The notes under the pieces were generated by a model. The model made no database searches. It saw nothing but the letters and a program-made list of their open reading frames with translations, and had not been told where the DNA came from. Source: Podarcis melisellensis (taxonomy: Eukaryota). Taken from it: a DNA stretch of 64,000 nt. The stretch is taken from assembly GCA_964234715.1 (NCBI GenBank), contig OZ174277.1. The stretch is one strand, 5' to 3'. How positions within the stretch are numbered: the first letter of the stretch is position 1; every line of letters starts with the position of its first letter. Of this stretch, positions 13,030 through 24,622 are shown one piece after another. The position numbers were made by a program, and so were the translations under genes.

Positions 13030-13270
13030 CTGAGCATTCATAAAGCTGAGTAGTTTGAGTATCTGTGAGACACCCAGTTATCAGAAAGAAGCTTCCTGGC
13101 GGGCATTAGCTCTAGCACACAGGGCGATTACCTTGATGACAGTGATGGATGGAAAGGACACCGAGTGCTAATTATCGCAAGTTCTGAATCAGACATATCA
13201 ATATATGTTTCCCAGCATACAGCGGTAGTGGAGGCTACAAGAGGTCTCTGGCCCACTCAAGCTCACAGCA
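13030..13270. promoter_or_regulatory. Candidate Pbx-Hox/Meis enhancer
   Basis: TGACAG (13137-13142) directly abuts TGATGGATGG (13143-13152) in non-repetitive sequence that retains CpGs. Confidence 0.5.
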
Positions 13271-14017
13271 AGGTGGCTGAGGTGTACCCTGTGGGGAAAG
13301 GTGGGGATATTTCCCAGGAAATGTAAATAGCCTAAATCCATTTACTGGTGAAATCTCACAGAGCTGAATAATGCTTTTATGACATGGCAAAGGTTCTGAG
13401 GACTAATTAGGCTTGCCCTTACGTTGCAGCTCAGGCAAAGATACAATTCCCTGCACAGCTGCTTTGGGAGAAGATTTGGCCTAAGCCAATGTACGTTTGT
13501 CAGATTCCTCTGCAATGGCACCACACTCATTACTCAGAGTAAAGCCTAGTAAAATATATGGGCACATGTGGAGTTCCAACTGAATCACGTTTCTCAGTAT
13601 CATCCCTGCTAACCTGGTCAATGATCAGAGGTGATAGCAGTTCTAATCTAAGAAAATATGAAGGACCTGAGGTTACGTAACATTCAATCTATGAGGCTGA
13701 AAGTCCAATTGTCTTACATATGGGAGTGGCTTCCAAATTGCCAACAGCAATGGCATCTTTCAGGAGCATGATTTATTGGCTTTTGCATTTTTTAAAAAAG
13801 AAACATGGCTTTTTCTGATAGATTACCTATAATAATGCAGCATATTATTCCTCCAATAATTGATAGAGCTAGTCCAGTCAGAAATGAGCAAAAACGATGC
13901 AAGCTAATTAATTTTTGCTTGCAAACGAATTTATTTTTGTTTTAACAAAACAAAACCACAGGCAAACAAACCTTGTCATCTTTCAGATTCATGTTAATAA
14001 ATTTTAAATTCAATATA

Positions 14018-14243
14018 CAGTGGTTCCTCGGGTTACATACGCTTCAGGTTCCAGACTTCACTAACCCAGAAATAGTACCTCGGGTTAAGAACTTTGCTTC
14101 AGGATGAGAACAGAAATCGTGCTCCAGCGGCACAGTGGCAGCAGGAGGCCCCATTAGCTAAAGTGGTGCTTCAGGTTAAGAACAGTTTCAGGTTAAGAAC
14201 GGACCTCCGGAACGAATTAAGTACTTAACCTGAGGTACCACTG
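14018..14243 (-). mobile_element. Tigger/pogo-like MITE family A, copy in opposite orientation to the others
   Basis: TA|cagtggttcctcgggtta...taacctgaggtaccactg|TA. Internal sequence is the reverse complement of the copies at 36078, 54544 and 59961. Confidence 0.92.
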
Positions 14244-15579
14244 TAAAACATATGTTTTTATTTTGAAATAAAAACTAAAACATATCTGGTCTTGAAAAGC
14301 CACACAGGCAAAGTAACCAAACACAAAACTCCATGTGTGAATTATTTTATTATTGTTTAGGCTTGAAGCCTAAAACCAAAGTCTGCATGCTTCATACAGT
14401 CTTTCCTTAGATTCTCCCTGCCAGCAGGGGGTTTCTGACATACTGAATTTTATAAGTAAAATCCATTCATTCTCTTCATGTTCATTTATCTTAGCTAGAT
14501 AACATTTGATGCCATTTTAACAGGTTTCCATTTCGAAATCAACTGTAAAACCAGCAGGGAATGTACACTACTTTAATAGGCATGCCTTATCCATAACTCC
14601 ACCTATATTCAGTTGTGTATGCCTGAACATATTTTATTTGATATGTGGAGTTGTGGTAGTAGATAGGTTTGCTCTGCAAAGTAAGAATTTAAAAAGAAAT
14701 TATATCATCATCCTGCTAATCACACTGTGACTATATGCGAAATCTGATTTAACTGCTGATGGCATTTCTATTTACTTTTTGAGATCTCTGAACAAGATCT
14801 TGCTCCTTTTTTGTGGGTTGTTTTTTTCATCACATCCACCAGCCTTTCTGCAATTAGTGCAGAGTAAGAGAGCAGTTCTGTAAACCTGCTGACAGCCATT
14901 TAATGGAAGAGGTGGAAAATGGTGGATGCATCCTGGCAGCATACTTAATGGATATACAAACACCCACAGTCATCAGCCAGAAGCAATACTGGCAGAAAAT
15001 TAACTTAGTGCTACAAAGCTCATTTAGCAAGGCGAACCATAGCAATCTGGATAATATGAAACTCTGTAATGGGCAGGAAAGGTGGAGGGGGGGAGAGAAG
15101 AAGAGAAATGGGAAGACACCCCTCTTACACTTTTTTCCAGTGAGAAGGTGGTCATTAATTTCACAGGTCTTTCTATTTAGTGTGTTGTTTCAGTGTACAA
15201 ACCAGTAGTTGCCTACACTACGCAGAACAAGCTTTTTTTGTCCAGTTCTCTAAACACTTTAGACAAAGCATGTCAAAGACTTAAGCTCAAAGAGATTTTC
15301 ATGTTAATAATGGTTCCGCTATCTGATGCTTCCTTCAGATACACTTGGACGTGGCTGCACTCTAAATTATATTTCCATTTATGACCAAAATCTAAATTTC
15401 AATTGCTGTCAATCCAGAATTTTTTAACTGGCAGTAAATCTAAGTGCTCCATATCGGGAAGCACAGCTATCAACAGAAGAAATGTTTTAACTACTTAATT
15501 ACAAGCAAGACAGGAACGTCACATGCATTCAACATTGTAAGAATTTTAATGCTTGCATTTCAAAGCAGGAGAGGGAAGT

Positions 15580-15990
15580 GAGGGGCAGACGGGGCCTGTC
15601 AACCTGGGAAGGTAGCCCATCTAGAAGAAGGAAAACTCTGGTGCTAGACCTCTGATGCCTTGCAGGATATCTTTGGGAGAATAAAAGCTTAAGGAGTAAA
15701 TCCTACATAAATCCAAAGAGGAGTCCCTAAGATGGTTTGATGGCACCTTGTATTCCTCCTTCAAGCAACACCTGCAGCCAAGGTGGTGCCAAACGTATTG
15801 CTCTGTCTTTCTTTGCACTACATTAGCAGGGCCAAGTGTGGGGTCTTGTCGTCTGGGCAGCCTAGAACCTCCATGCACACTGCTCAGGCTTGCACCCTGG
15901 GAAGGTCATATTCGTGCTACCAATGTAGCAGTTTGACTTTACCCCCAGAGGCACACTCCGCTGTCTCTTGAGACAGATGGGGGCCAACAT
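15580..15990 (+). mobile_element. RTE-clade 5'UTR-like element
   Basis: 'ggtagcccatctagaagaaggaaaactctg' resembles the recalled RTE 5'UTR motif, and the block is GC-richer than its flanks. Confidence 0.45.
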
Positions 15991-16944
15991 TATGAAATAC
16001 GCCTGAAAGGCAAACGTTAACTAATCATGGGAGAGTGGCTATTCTCAAAACTCTCCCCCCATACTTTAGTTTTGGTTCCACAAATCTATATATGTACATA
16101 ACTCATTCTAGTAGCTGCAGTGTTAGCTTTCTAATGAGCTGGGTGCACTTCTGTAGTTTCATTTATTCATTTTTATTTACCACATTTAAATTTATATGGC
16201 AAATTGAATTGAACTGAATATTTTCAATCCCAATGAGGGGTTTAAATATGCTAGCTAAATAAGGAAAGAGAGAAATATTCCATAAACTTTGCTGATAAAA
16301 CAGCAGCATGGTATAAAAGTCACAGACGCTAGGCTAAGCTGTTGAGAAAGGCCCCTCCATAAGAAACTTTTTAGGGAAAAATCAGCAAACTGCACCAGCT
16401 ACATACAGTGAAAGCCACAGGCCTGAAACCAGGGTGTTGCTAGCCTATTCCACAATCCAGTTTTTTTTTTGGGGGGGGGTGGATACAAAAAGCAAACAGA
16501 CAAACTCAAATATTTTTCAAACAGAAAAAATAAATCAAATGCAGAGCCCAGCAGACATTATCAATTGTACTGCAACCTTTGTACAGAGCATCTCAGTGTA
16601 GCTCAATTTGAGAACCTTCGGAATTAGAGGTCATGCTTTGATACACATCTCACCTTACCTTTCAGCCAATATGGAAAAGCATCCAGGTACCTAACTATAA
16701 AGTGATAATATAAGAAATCTTAGAATGCAAAGCCCTGGAGAAGTGTGGGCAATAAACAAATGGAAATAAATTGAAACCGTCTCAGATCATTTAATTCCCA
16801 TCTTTCTTCTTCACATAAAGCAGGAAAGAAGACAGAGGTATGTATTTATTTCTTCTACCAGAATTTCTTCCACAAAGAGATGACAGAAAATTATTACTGT
16901 ATACTTTTCCTGAATGCTTTTATTTTGAAGCTCTGCATGTAGTA

Positions 16945-16998
<54 letters not shown>
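16945..16998 (+). repeat. (AAT)18 microsatellite
   Basis: Perfect trinucleotide run. Confidence 0.97.
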
Positions 16999-16999
<1 letters not shown>

Positions 17000-17898
17000 G
17001 ATATCTTAAAGTGTTTTAAGAACCAGGAGCACCAGTTCAGCAAAACTAAGATGATCAAGTTTTCAGGCACTATTTTTGAAAACTCTGAGCTTCTTCAGCA
17101 AACCATGGCTCGCTGGGCACACTAATAACCAGCTAGAAATACCAGCTGAAGTAGCTCTAATGGAAATGCAGCCAGACTAACTGAATGACAAACAGGAAAC
17201 GGAGCTTAATTCTTCACTTGTCCTGTTTCCTTCTGCATAGATGCTTTGATGCATAAGCCTTTTGTTTTCCTCCTTGGTTAATCAATTTTGAGAACTAAAA
17301 TTAAGCTTAACTTTGGGATGTAATGCATGCAAAACTATATAGTACTAACTACTTGGTATTTAAACAGAGAGTTCTATCTTGTTAAATAATGCAGTGAGTC
17401 AAACCTCCTACAAGGCAAGTAAGTTTATAAAACCCATAATCTGCATAAAAGAGACGGCACTTCCAATTTACATTAGGAATATGCCTGCACAAAAACACAA
17501 GTTCAAGAAACAATTACCCAAGACGGTTGGGCAGGAAAGCACTATGTTGCATGGGAATTGGCATATTCTGTATCCATGCAAAATTCAGTGTCCTTTGTTC
17601 CATTTGCCATGCAGCCTAATTGAGATTCAGTCACAGTTGTATACTGGTGCCAAATCTATGTTCTGGTTCTAGACTCTTTGGGGGTTGATGAAGTATGTGG
17701 TAATGCCCCACTCCTCCCCAATCCTTGGGTGATGCCCAATACAGCTATATGCACAGCTAGTCACTAGAAGAACAAGAATCATAGCTCTAAACACCCTTTA
17801 AAAGCCCTCTGTGCCACTCTCACTGTATCCAAAAATATCCACTACTAGAACTGAAGCTCTAGGGTCAGCAGGAGGCTGGAGGATGTTCAAAAGAGTGG

Positions 17899-18259
17899 CA
17901 GATGCTCCGCTACCCCGCGTGCCAGCTGTTATGCGGAGAGGCTGAGCAGCCTAAACAAAACCCCGCTGTGCCTCCAGTCTCTTTGGGGCTTCCTCCGCCC
18001 TTACTGACATCCTCTTTAGGCTCCAGGGAGGGTCTCCTCACGAGCCACAAGGACTCTGCAGCTCTCTCCTGCCCCAGAGTGGCTGGGGAAACCCAGCCAG
18101 ATGAGCGGGGTATAAATAATAAATAATAAATAATAATAATAATAATAATTATTATTATGATTATTTCTGAGTATGAATTGAATTATTTAATTATCTCCTG
18201 GCACTGTGCTTATACGTGGTCAAGCGCAAGTCGAACAAATATAAGCGGAGAGTAACCTG
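17899..18259. mobile_element. Degenerate Tigger-like MITE hosting an L2 3' tail with (AAT)n (18072-18193)
   Basis: Right end ataagcggagagtaacctg|ta and imperfect left end cagatgctccgcta. The inner 'ccccagagtggctggggaaacccagccagatgagcggggtataaataat' is flanked by tctcctg at 18065-18071 and 18194-18200. Confidence 0.55.
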
Positions 18260-18783
18260 TAGTACTTAAGATACTGTTTTGCCTTTGGGATAGCTATCCG
18301 AGTCTAATAAAACTGTACTGATTTATGAATGCTTATGCCATCACAATGTTCTTTTGTTGTTTTTACATTTCTTTTTGTTTCTTTCTGAATAAGCCCTACA
18401 TTTATTTGGTAGTTTCTCCCTTTGTTTTTGGGACTGTGCTACATTCTTGCCACCCATAAAACACTGCCTCAAACAGTGTTCTCTCAAGTATAGTAAGAAA
18501 AAGTACTGGAAGCCACCCAAACTGAGATGTGTGTAGATTTGTGTTCTCTTAACTCAATGTTTGTGGAACTCCCACTCACCTTGATGTTGGCAGACATAGT
18601 GGCAGTGATCCAAAGCAAGGCTCAAGAGTGAAACCTGGTTGGCTGCAATGTTATTACAAAGCACTTGGAAGTATAACATATTGCAAGAGATCTGTCATAG
18701 CAAACCCTGGACTGTGACAGAGTGCTATAGTGCGGCTCCAAATATTGTAAGCAAATTATGCAGATCAGGATTGTATGCTTATG

Positions 18784-18784
<1 letters not shown>

Positions 18785-18823
<39 letters not shown>
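18785..18823 (+). repeat. (TATC)n tetranucleotide microsatellite
   Basis: About 9 perfect units. Confidence 0.95.
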
Positions 18824-19734
18824 GCTTATGTTATGTATTCTACCTCCCACTGCAAAAACAGCCTTCAGTGGGGCTAACAAAACCCCAGTTAAAACAGGGT
18901 AGTGCAAATAAATGCATTAATACCAGGGGGAAGAAATACAGATAAGTCAACAGCACATAAGAGCATGTGGGAGGAGGTGAGCACACAACATCAATGCCTC
19001 CTCCAGCCAAACTGTCCCCTTTCAACCTGCCCTGGCAAAACCAAAAATTTCACGTTTCAGTTAATCAGTTCTACTGGACTCCTTCAAATCGCAGTCTGAA
19101 GGCAGAAAGCAGTATGAGAGCCACTAGCTATTGATAGTCCTGTGAATATTAACAATATCTCTACTAAACAGGAGAACTGGTGTTTCTCACTAGCAGAGCT
19201 AAATGGGAAAAAAAGTGGAGTTTTATGCATCTGATTTCCAAGCACAAAAGTGAGCTTAAATGAAATCTGAAAGGTCAGTACGCATTGTGGAGTATGACAG
19301 GGACCTGTAAAGGCAGAGATGCAAGTTTTCATAGGCTGCTGCTACAGAATCAACAGATGTGTGACAGATTTAAGGTTTACTAAATAATAGTTTGGGGTTC
19401 TGGCACTAAACAAAAGACTCGCAGTGGAAAGATGATAAAGCCCCAATATTAAGTGCAACTTGACTGGAGTGCACCAAATTTACCATTTGTAAGCAGTAAA
19501 AAGATCTAGATTGCGATAAAAGGGAAAAATGTTTTAACATTAACTGTTAATGGGTAATTTTTACTTCAGAGAGGTTAGAAGAACACCTATAAAACAGCAG
19601 ATATTGGTGCATTAAAATATGAAAATCACACAGCATATTATTCCTGTTATTTGATCAATGTCAACTCAGATAAATATAATCAGATTAAGGACCAGCTGTG
19701 CAAACTCATAGCATGGTGCATCCTAAAGGTAGAA

Positions 19735-19867
19735 TAAGCCTCTTTCAGCCTATGTTGATCCAAATGTTTTGGATTACAATTCCTACCATCTCTTGACCAC
19801 TAGCTATGTTGGCTGGGGCTGATGAGAGTTGTAGCTCAAACCTTCTGAAGGGTCTGGGGAAGGCTGG
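19735..19867. mobile_element. Short palindromic hAT MITE (family B), degenerate
   Basis: 'ggattacaattcctaccatc...ggctggggctgatgagagttgtagctc' internal inverted arms shared with the copies at 29775, 39118 and 61585. Confidence 0.65.
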
Positions 19868-20931
19868 TTTAATACCTAGCAGATATTTTATGACTTAAAA
19901 TTGTTGATATCCCGTATGCCAACACATACTAAAAGTGTGCATTTTACAAAAACTTATCTTTCTACCAAAATAAGTATTTAATGGAGCTAATGATTGAAAT
20001 CTCTCTCTCTCCCCGCATATGTGTGTCTGTGTGTGTGTGTGAGAGAGAGAGAGAATGACACAACAGTAAAACTATATATACCCTAAAAATGTAAACTTAT
20101 AAAATATTAGAGATATTCAGTGGATTAATACAGTTTATCATAAAATGTACAGGAAATCAGAACACTTTTAATTTGGCCCCTATGAGCAGTAATGTTGGTA
20201 CCTGAAACTTATGTGGAACTTACATAATTGAGACATAATGATAAAAATGTTCTCTATTAAGAAATGTACTAATTTCTTCTAACAGCTTTTCTTATACATA
20301 TATGATCATTCTAAAGTAGGCATTTGATTGTGAGTGTACAAAGGGTCAAAAGCAAGGATGAAATACTGATGAAAACTGCTTGGTAAACAGAATTCTAGGG
20401 CTCTGCAGTGGTATGAGATTGTGGTTGACTGGACAGGACAGAAACAATGTTAATGTGTTCTCTCCTTCTCCTTTTGCCTTGATATTTACGCAATATGACC
20501 TCCCTCAGTCTACATGCCATGACAGAAGAGCTCTAGCTGTCCTTGTAGCACCAGCTACAAGGATCTGGCCGAGATGGAATGTGAGCTAAAACTAGCATGC
20601 AGCATAGTTAACCACACATAAGCTCCCCCACATTTTCTGTGAGTTTCTTTTCTGGGTATATCTATCCTGGATTAGAAGAAGGCAAAGTCAGAGCACTGCC
20701 TCATGAGGAGATGCAGTGAGAAGTTTGGGAATAACAGGAGCTAAGAATTATACATCCAACAGAACTAGAAAAACACACAGTTTGATAGGAACATCTTGAT
20801 TTCTTCATATTTTGAGCAATGATAAATAACATTAAATAGATATAGGACAACTAGAAGCCTCCTAACAAAGGAGCAGCCCCCCCCCCCAATTTTAAGACAC
20901 TGCTAAATCATGACAACAAATGAAACATATA

Positions 20932-21180
20932 CAGCAGTACCTCGCGTTAAGAACTTAATTTGTTCCAGAGGTCTGTTCTTAACCTGAAACTGTTCTTAAC
21001 CTGAAGACCACTTTAGCTAATGGGGCCTCCCGCTGCCGCCGTAGCACGATTTCTGTTCTCATCCTGAAGCAAAGTTCTTAACCCAAGGTACTGTTTCTGG
21101 GCTAGTGGAGTCTGTAACCTGAAGCATCTGCAACCTGAAGCATCTGCAACCTGAAGCGTATGTAACCCAAGGTACCACTG
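20932..21180 (+). mobile_element. Tigger/pogo-like MITE family A with an expanded internal 16-bp repeat
   Basis: TA|cagcagtacctcgcgttaa...aacccaaggtaccactg|TA, with tctgyaacctgaagcr present three times. Confidence 0.92.
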
Positions 21181-23564
21181 TACCACATTTTCCCTAGTAG
21201 AAGGTCAATAGGGGCAGGGGAGGCTGGTAATAAATAAGTTAGTTAGAAAGTAAGTTAGCAATGTAAGCAAGTCGCCAATATCTGTGGCAAAAGCAAGCAA
21301 CCATTCTCTCAATAGCTGCCTTTCTGTTGCCCTAATTAACAAATAAAAGTTGTTCTTTATTGGTGGAACTGTAACACGGCTTTTCAGGCATTCAACCCCC
21401 ACAAAAATCCAACTGTTCCCATGTCTGAACCTGATTCTGTCTGTAGAGAGTGATTGGAATGGGCAACTTCTTAGTGATGCAGCTGCCTGCAAGCATCTTA
21501 AGCAATATAAACATGCACTGGAGAAGAAGAAAAAATTCAACATAGCAAAATATGCTGTGCCACTTCATTGAACAAGCAACCTGGGTAAGTTTCTTTTGGA
21601 ATACAGAGAAGCACTAGGTGCTCTTCTATGTATCATAGATTTCATCCAAGCACAGGGGAATTCTGAATACATCCCTCCTTAACCGGTCCACTAAAATACA
21701 GTCTAAGCATCCTGAACATTAGCAAGTTTCCATACACCATAGGATTTACATTTGATTTAGAGAGGTTATTCTCAGTTGTGGGAACTCTTTCATGCTTTGC
21801 ATTTAAAAGAAACAATTAGAATAATCAAACAAAATGAGTGTGAAATTTCTCACAGTCTCACATGTCATTACAAAGAGGGCAGAGATGTAGCAGCTGGTCA
21901 ATTTAACTTGCATTCTCAGTTATTAAACATTACCTAAAGGGCCATTAAACTGCTTTTCTAGTGGAAGAAAATATAAATTACTTACTACTCACAATACAAA
22001 AGGATTAAGTTGACCTTTCTCTAGGGCATGATATGTTTCAAATTTCTGCTGATAAAATATGAAGCTCATACATGCCACATTCACAAGAGACTTCAGAGCT
22101 TCACAGCACTGAGGACAGTAGTTGAATGGCTAATGGATTACCAAGGGATCCAGAATCACTTTCAAAAAGTAGCTGTATACATCCTGAGAGAGGAAAGTGT
22201 GCAAGGGCATTGTTTTTTTAGTAACCCTATTTTTTATTTTTATTTTTACAAAAAACGTGTTTTCACATACAGCTCATTAAACACATCATGCAGGTCAATT
22301 AAGGATGCAAGAACACGGTTCACTAAGCCTATATTTAACTCTCCATTGCCAACTAATTTCAACAGATTTCTGACAGTTATAAGTGCTTGCCTTTTAGAAA
22401 ACAGCAGCTTATTAACTATGCAAACTATGTATAACTATATAAGCAAATGACTTTAAAATCAATTAGATCCAAGCTTACAGATTTCATGCGCTGTCATCCT
22501 TGTATGGTAGATGGCCATACCTTTTTTTTTTAAAGATTTCCTACTTTATCAACACAGTACTTCAATGAATGCTAAGTATGCAATGCATATCAAGGACAAT
22601 CCTGACAACACTAGTTTTATCAGAGAGCCATGCAGATGTGTGAGTGTTCTACAATGGGAACACTGACCTGAAGTGCAAGACTTTTAAAGAGCAAGCTGAA
22701 AAGAGGTGTGCATGGCTCCTCCCTCTCCTCTGCCCATTGTCCATCCCACTTGGAAGACAAAATATAACCTGGGGAAGGGAAGCTGACCAGGAAGATGCAC
22801 ATATGCATGCACAGTGAAACACACAGGGCTTCTGAGTCTCTGGAGCCGAGTGTGGAGCACAACAAGGTTCTTTTAAAATAAAAAAGTTGGCGGGGGGGGG
22901 GGAATATTAAAAATGTTTTTTAATGAGCTGTGGGCTGAATTGTTAGAAGAAAATTGCTAGAAGCTCCAGGACATGTACTGGAAGTTCTCTAGACAGCAGT
23001 CTTCAGTTTGGGGGACAGCATCATAACCAGCAATTTGAAACTTTTAAAAAATGAGATAATGGGAAATATCAGGAGCTAAAAAAAACGTTATCAGTGCTTC
23101 TACTGAGACAAACACTTACAGTAAAACTCTGGGAAATCAAATAAAGTTCTGGCCTAAGATGTATCATATGACAATTAAGATGCTTGTTGTCTAAAAATTT
23201 ATATTCCATTAACTTAACAATGGGCATGCGATACCAACCATTAAGCATTCTGCCTTTAACAGTAGTCGGCCAGATGCCTCTGGAAAGCTTTTGAGTGAGG
23301 CATGCTAGTGAAACCCTGTTTGTCCTCAGCATCCAGTAATCAACGGTACACTGGCTTTGCAAAGGGACGATTTGTTAAGTTTTCATGGCTTATCATCTAC
23401 TGTATCAGAATTAGAACCAGAAACAATAAGAATATGGCTTGAGATCGAAATAGATGCTGATTGGCTGTTGAAATAGGCATTCTGTGTGTGCCAGTCTTAA
23501 ATAAAAATAACAAAGTGAAACATATTCTACTTCCTCTTCCTTATTTTGCCTATCTTAGTAGTTG

Positions 23565-24140
23565 AAAATGCTTGGAGTCAGTACCGGGGTGGATGAAAGC
23601 AAACTGACTGAAGCTCAATTCAGATAAGGCAAAGGTGATGCTGGTTGATGACTTATCAAACCAACAAACATTCAGCCTATTCTAATATGGGTTTGTATCT
23701 CCTGATCAAGGTATCTTGAGGGTACTTCTAGATCCATCATTGCTAGAGAATCACTGGTGGCATCAAGTGCTTCTCATCCACCAGCTACATCCCTTATTGG
23801 AAGCAGATAAAGTGACTCTAGTAATCCATGCTATTAACATCCGAGCTTAATTACTGCAATATGCATTTTGCCAGGCAGTGCTGCCTTGGGAAATGTAGAT
23901 ATTGAAGTTTCAACTGGTGAAGAATGTGCAAGCCAGTTTATTAATTGAAACTGATCTTATTACTCAGTACAAAGGATGGTCTTTGACCTTTATTCAGGGT
24001 GCTGAGTTTGGGAGAAAAATCCCTGAACAGCCTAGGTATCTAAAGGGCAGCATTCTTCACATAAGCTGCACACTGATTAACACCTTCTGAAGATGTCCTT
24101 CTGATGTCAGGAGAGTGGCTTCTGATTAGAGGGCTCTCAG
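23565..24140 (+). mobile_element. Old L2 LINE ORF2 3' fragment
   Basis: Degenerate 'ggatgaaagcaaactgactgaagctcaattcagataag' (WM..N.LKLN.DK), 'gtaatccatgct...ttactgcaat' and 'caactggtgaagaatgtgcaagccag'. Confidence 0.65.
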
Positions 24141-24583
24141 TGGAAGGAATTAAACCAGCAGTGAGGAACCCCATGCCCACAGGCCTAAGTAGGCTTGCCA
24201 GCCACGTTTGATTTGCAAGACAATTTTGCTCAAACCATGCCCATGTGCCCTACATGTAACACCATACATAACATCAGGTGTGGGGCACGAAAAGATGCAG
24301 CTGGGCTAAAACAGGTCTGTGGGTGACATCAACCAGGTGCTGCAGGCAGCACCTGCAAAGCTCTAGGCATAATACTTTCAAGTGCTGACCACCAGCTGAT
24401 TGTTGGGCCTTATAAAAGCCCCATGCACTTAACTTTGCAAACTATCAGCTGATCACTGAGGCTTGAATACCACTGTGTGTAATGCTTTGCATCTCCAATC
24501 AGTTAGCGGGTACCCAGCATCATTCTGACCCACAGGGGCTGGAGATGAAAAGGATCTCACTCTCTGGCCTAATCTAATTCGTA

Positions 24584-24584
<1 letters not shown>

Positions 24585-24620
<36 letters not shown>
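24585..24620 (+). repeat. (AC)18 microsatellite
   Basis: Perfect dinucleotide run. Confidence 0.97.

Positions 24621-24622
<2 letters not shown>

Noticed and set aside
21100-21180. CRISPR-like short direct repeats
   Set aside because: These are spacerless 16-bp tandem units inside a MITE in a eukaryotic genome, with no cas genes.
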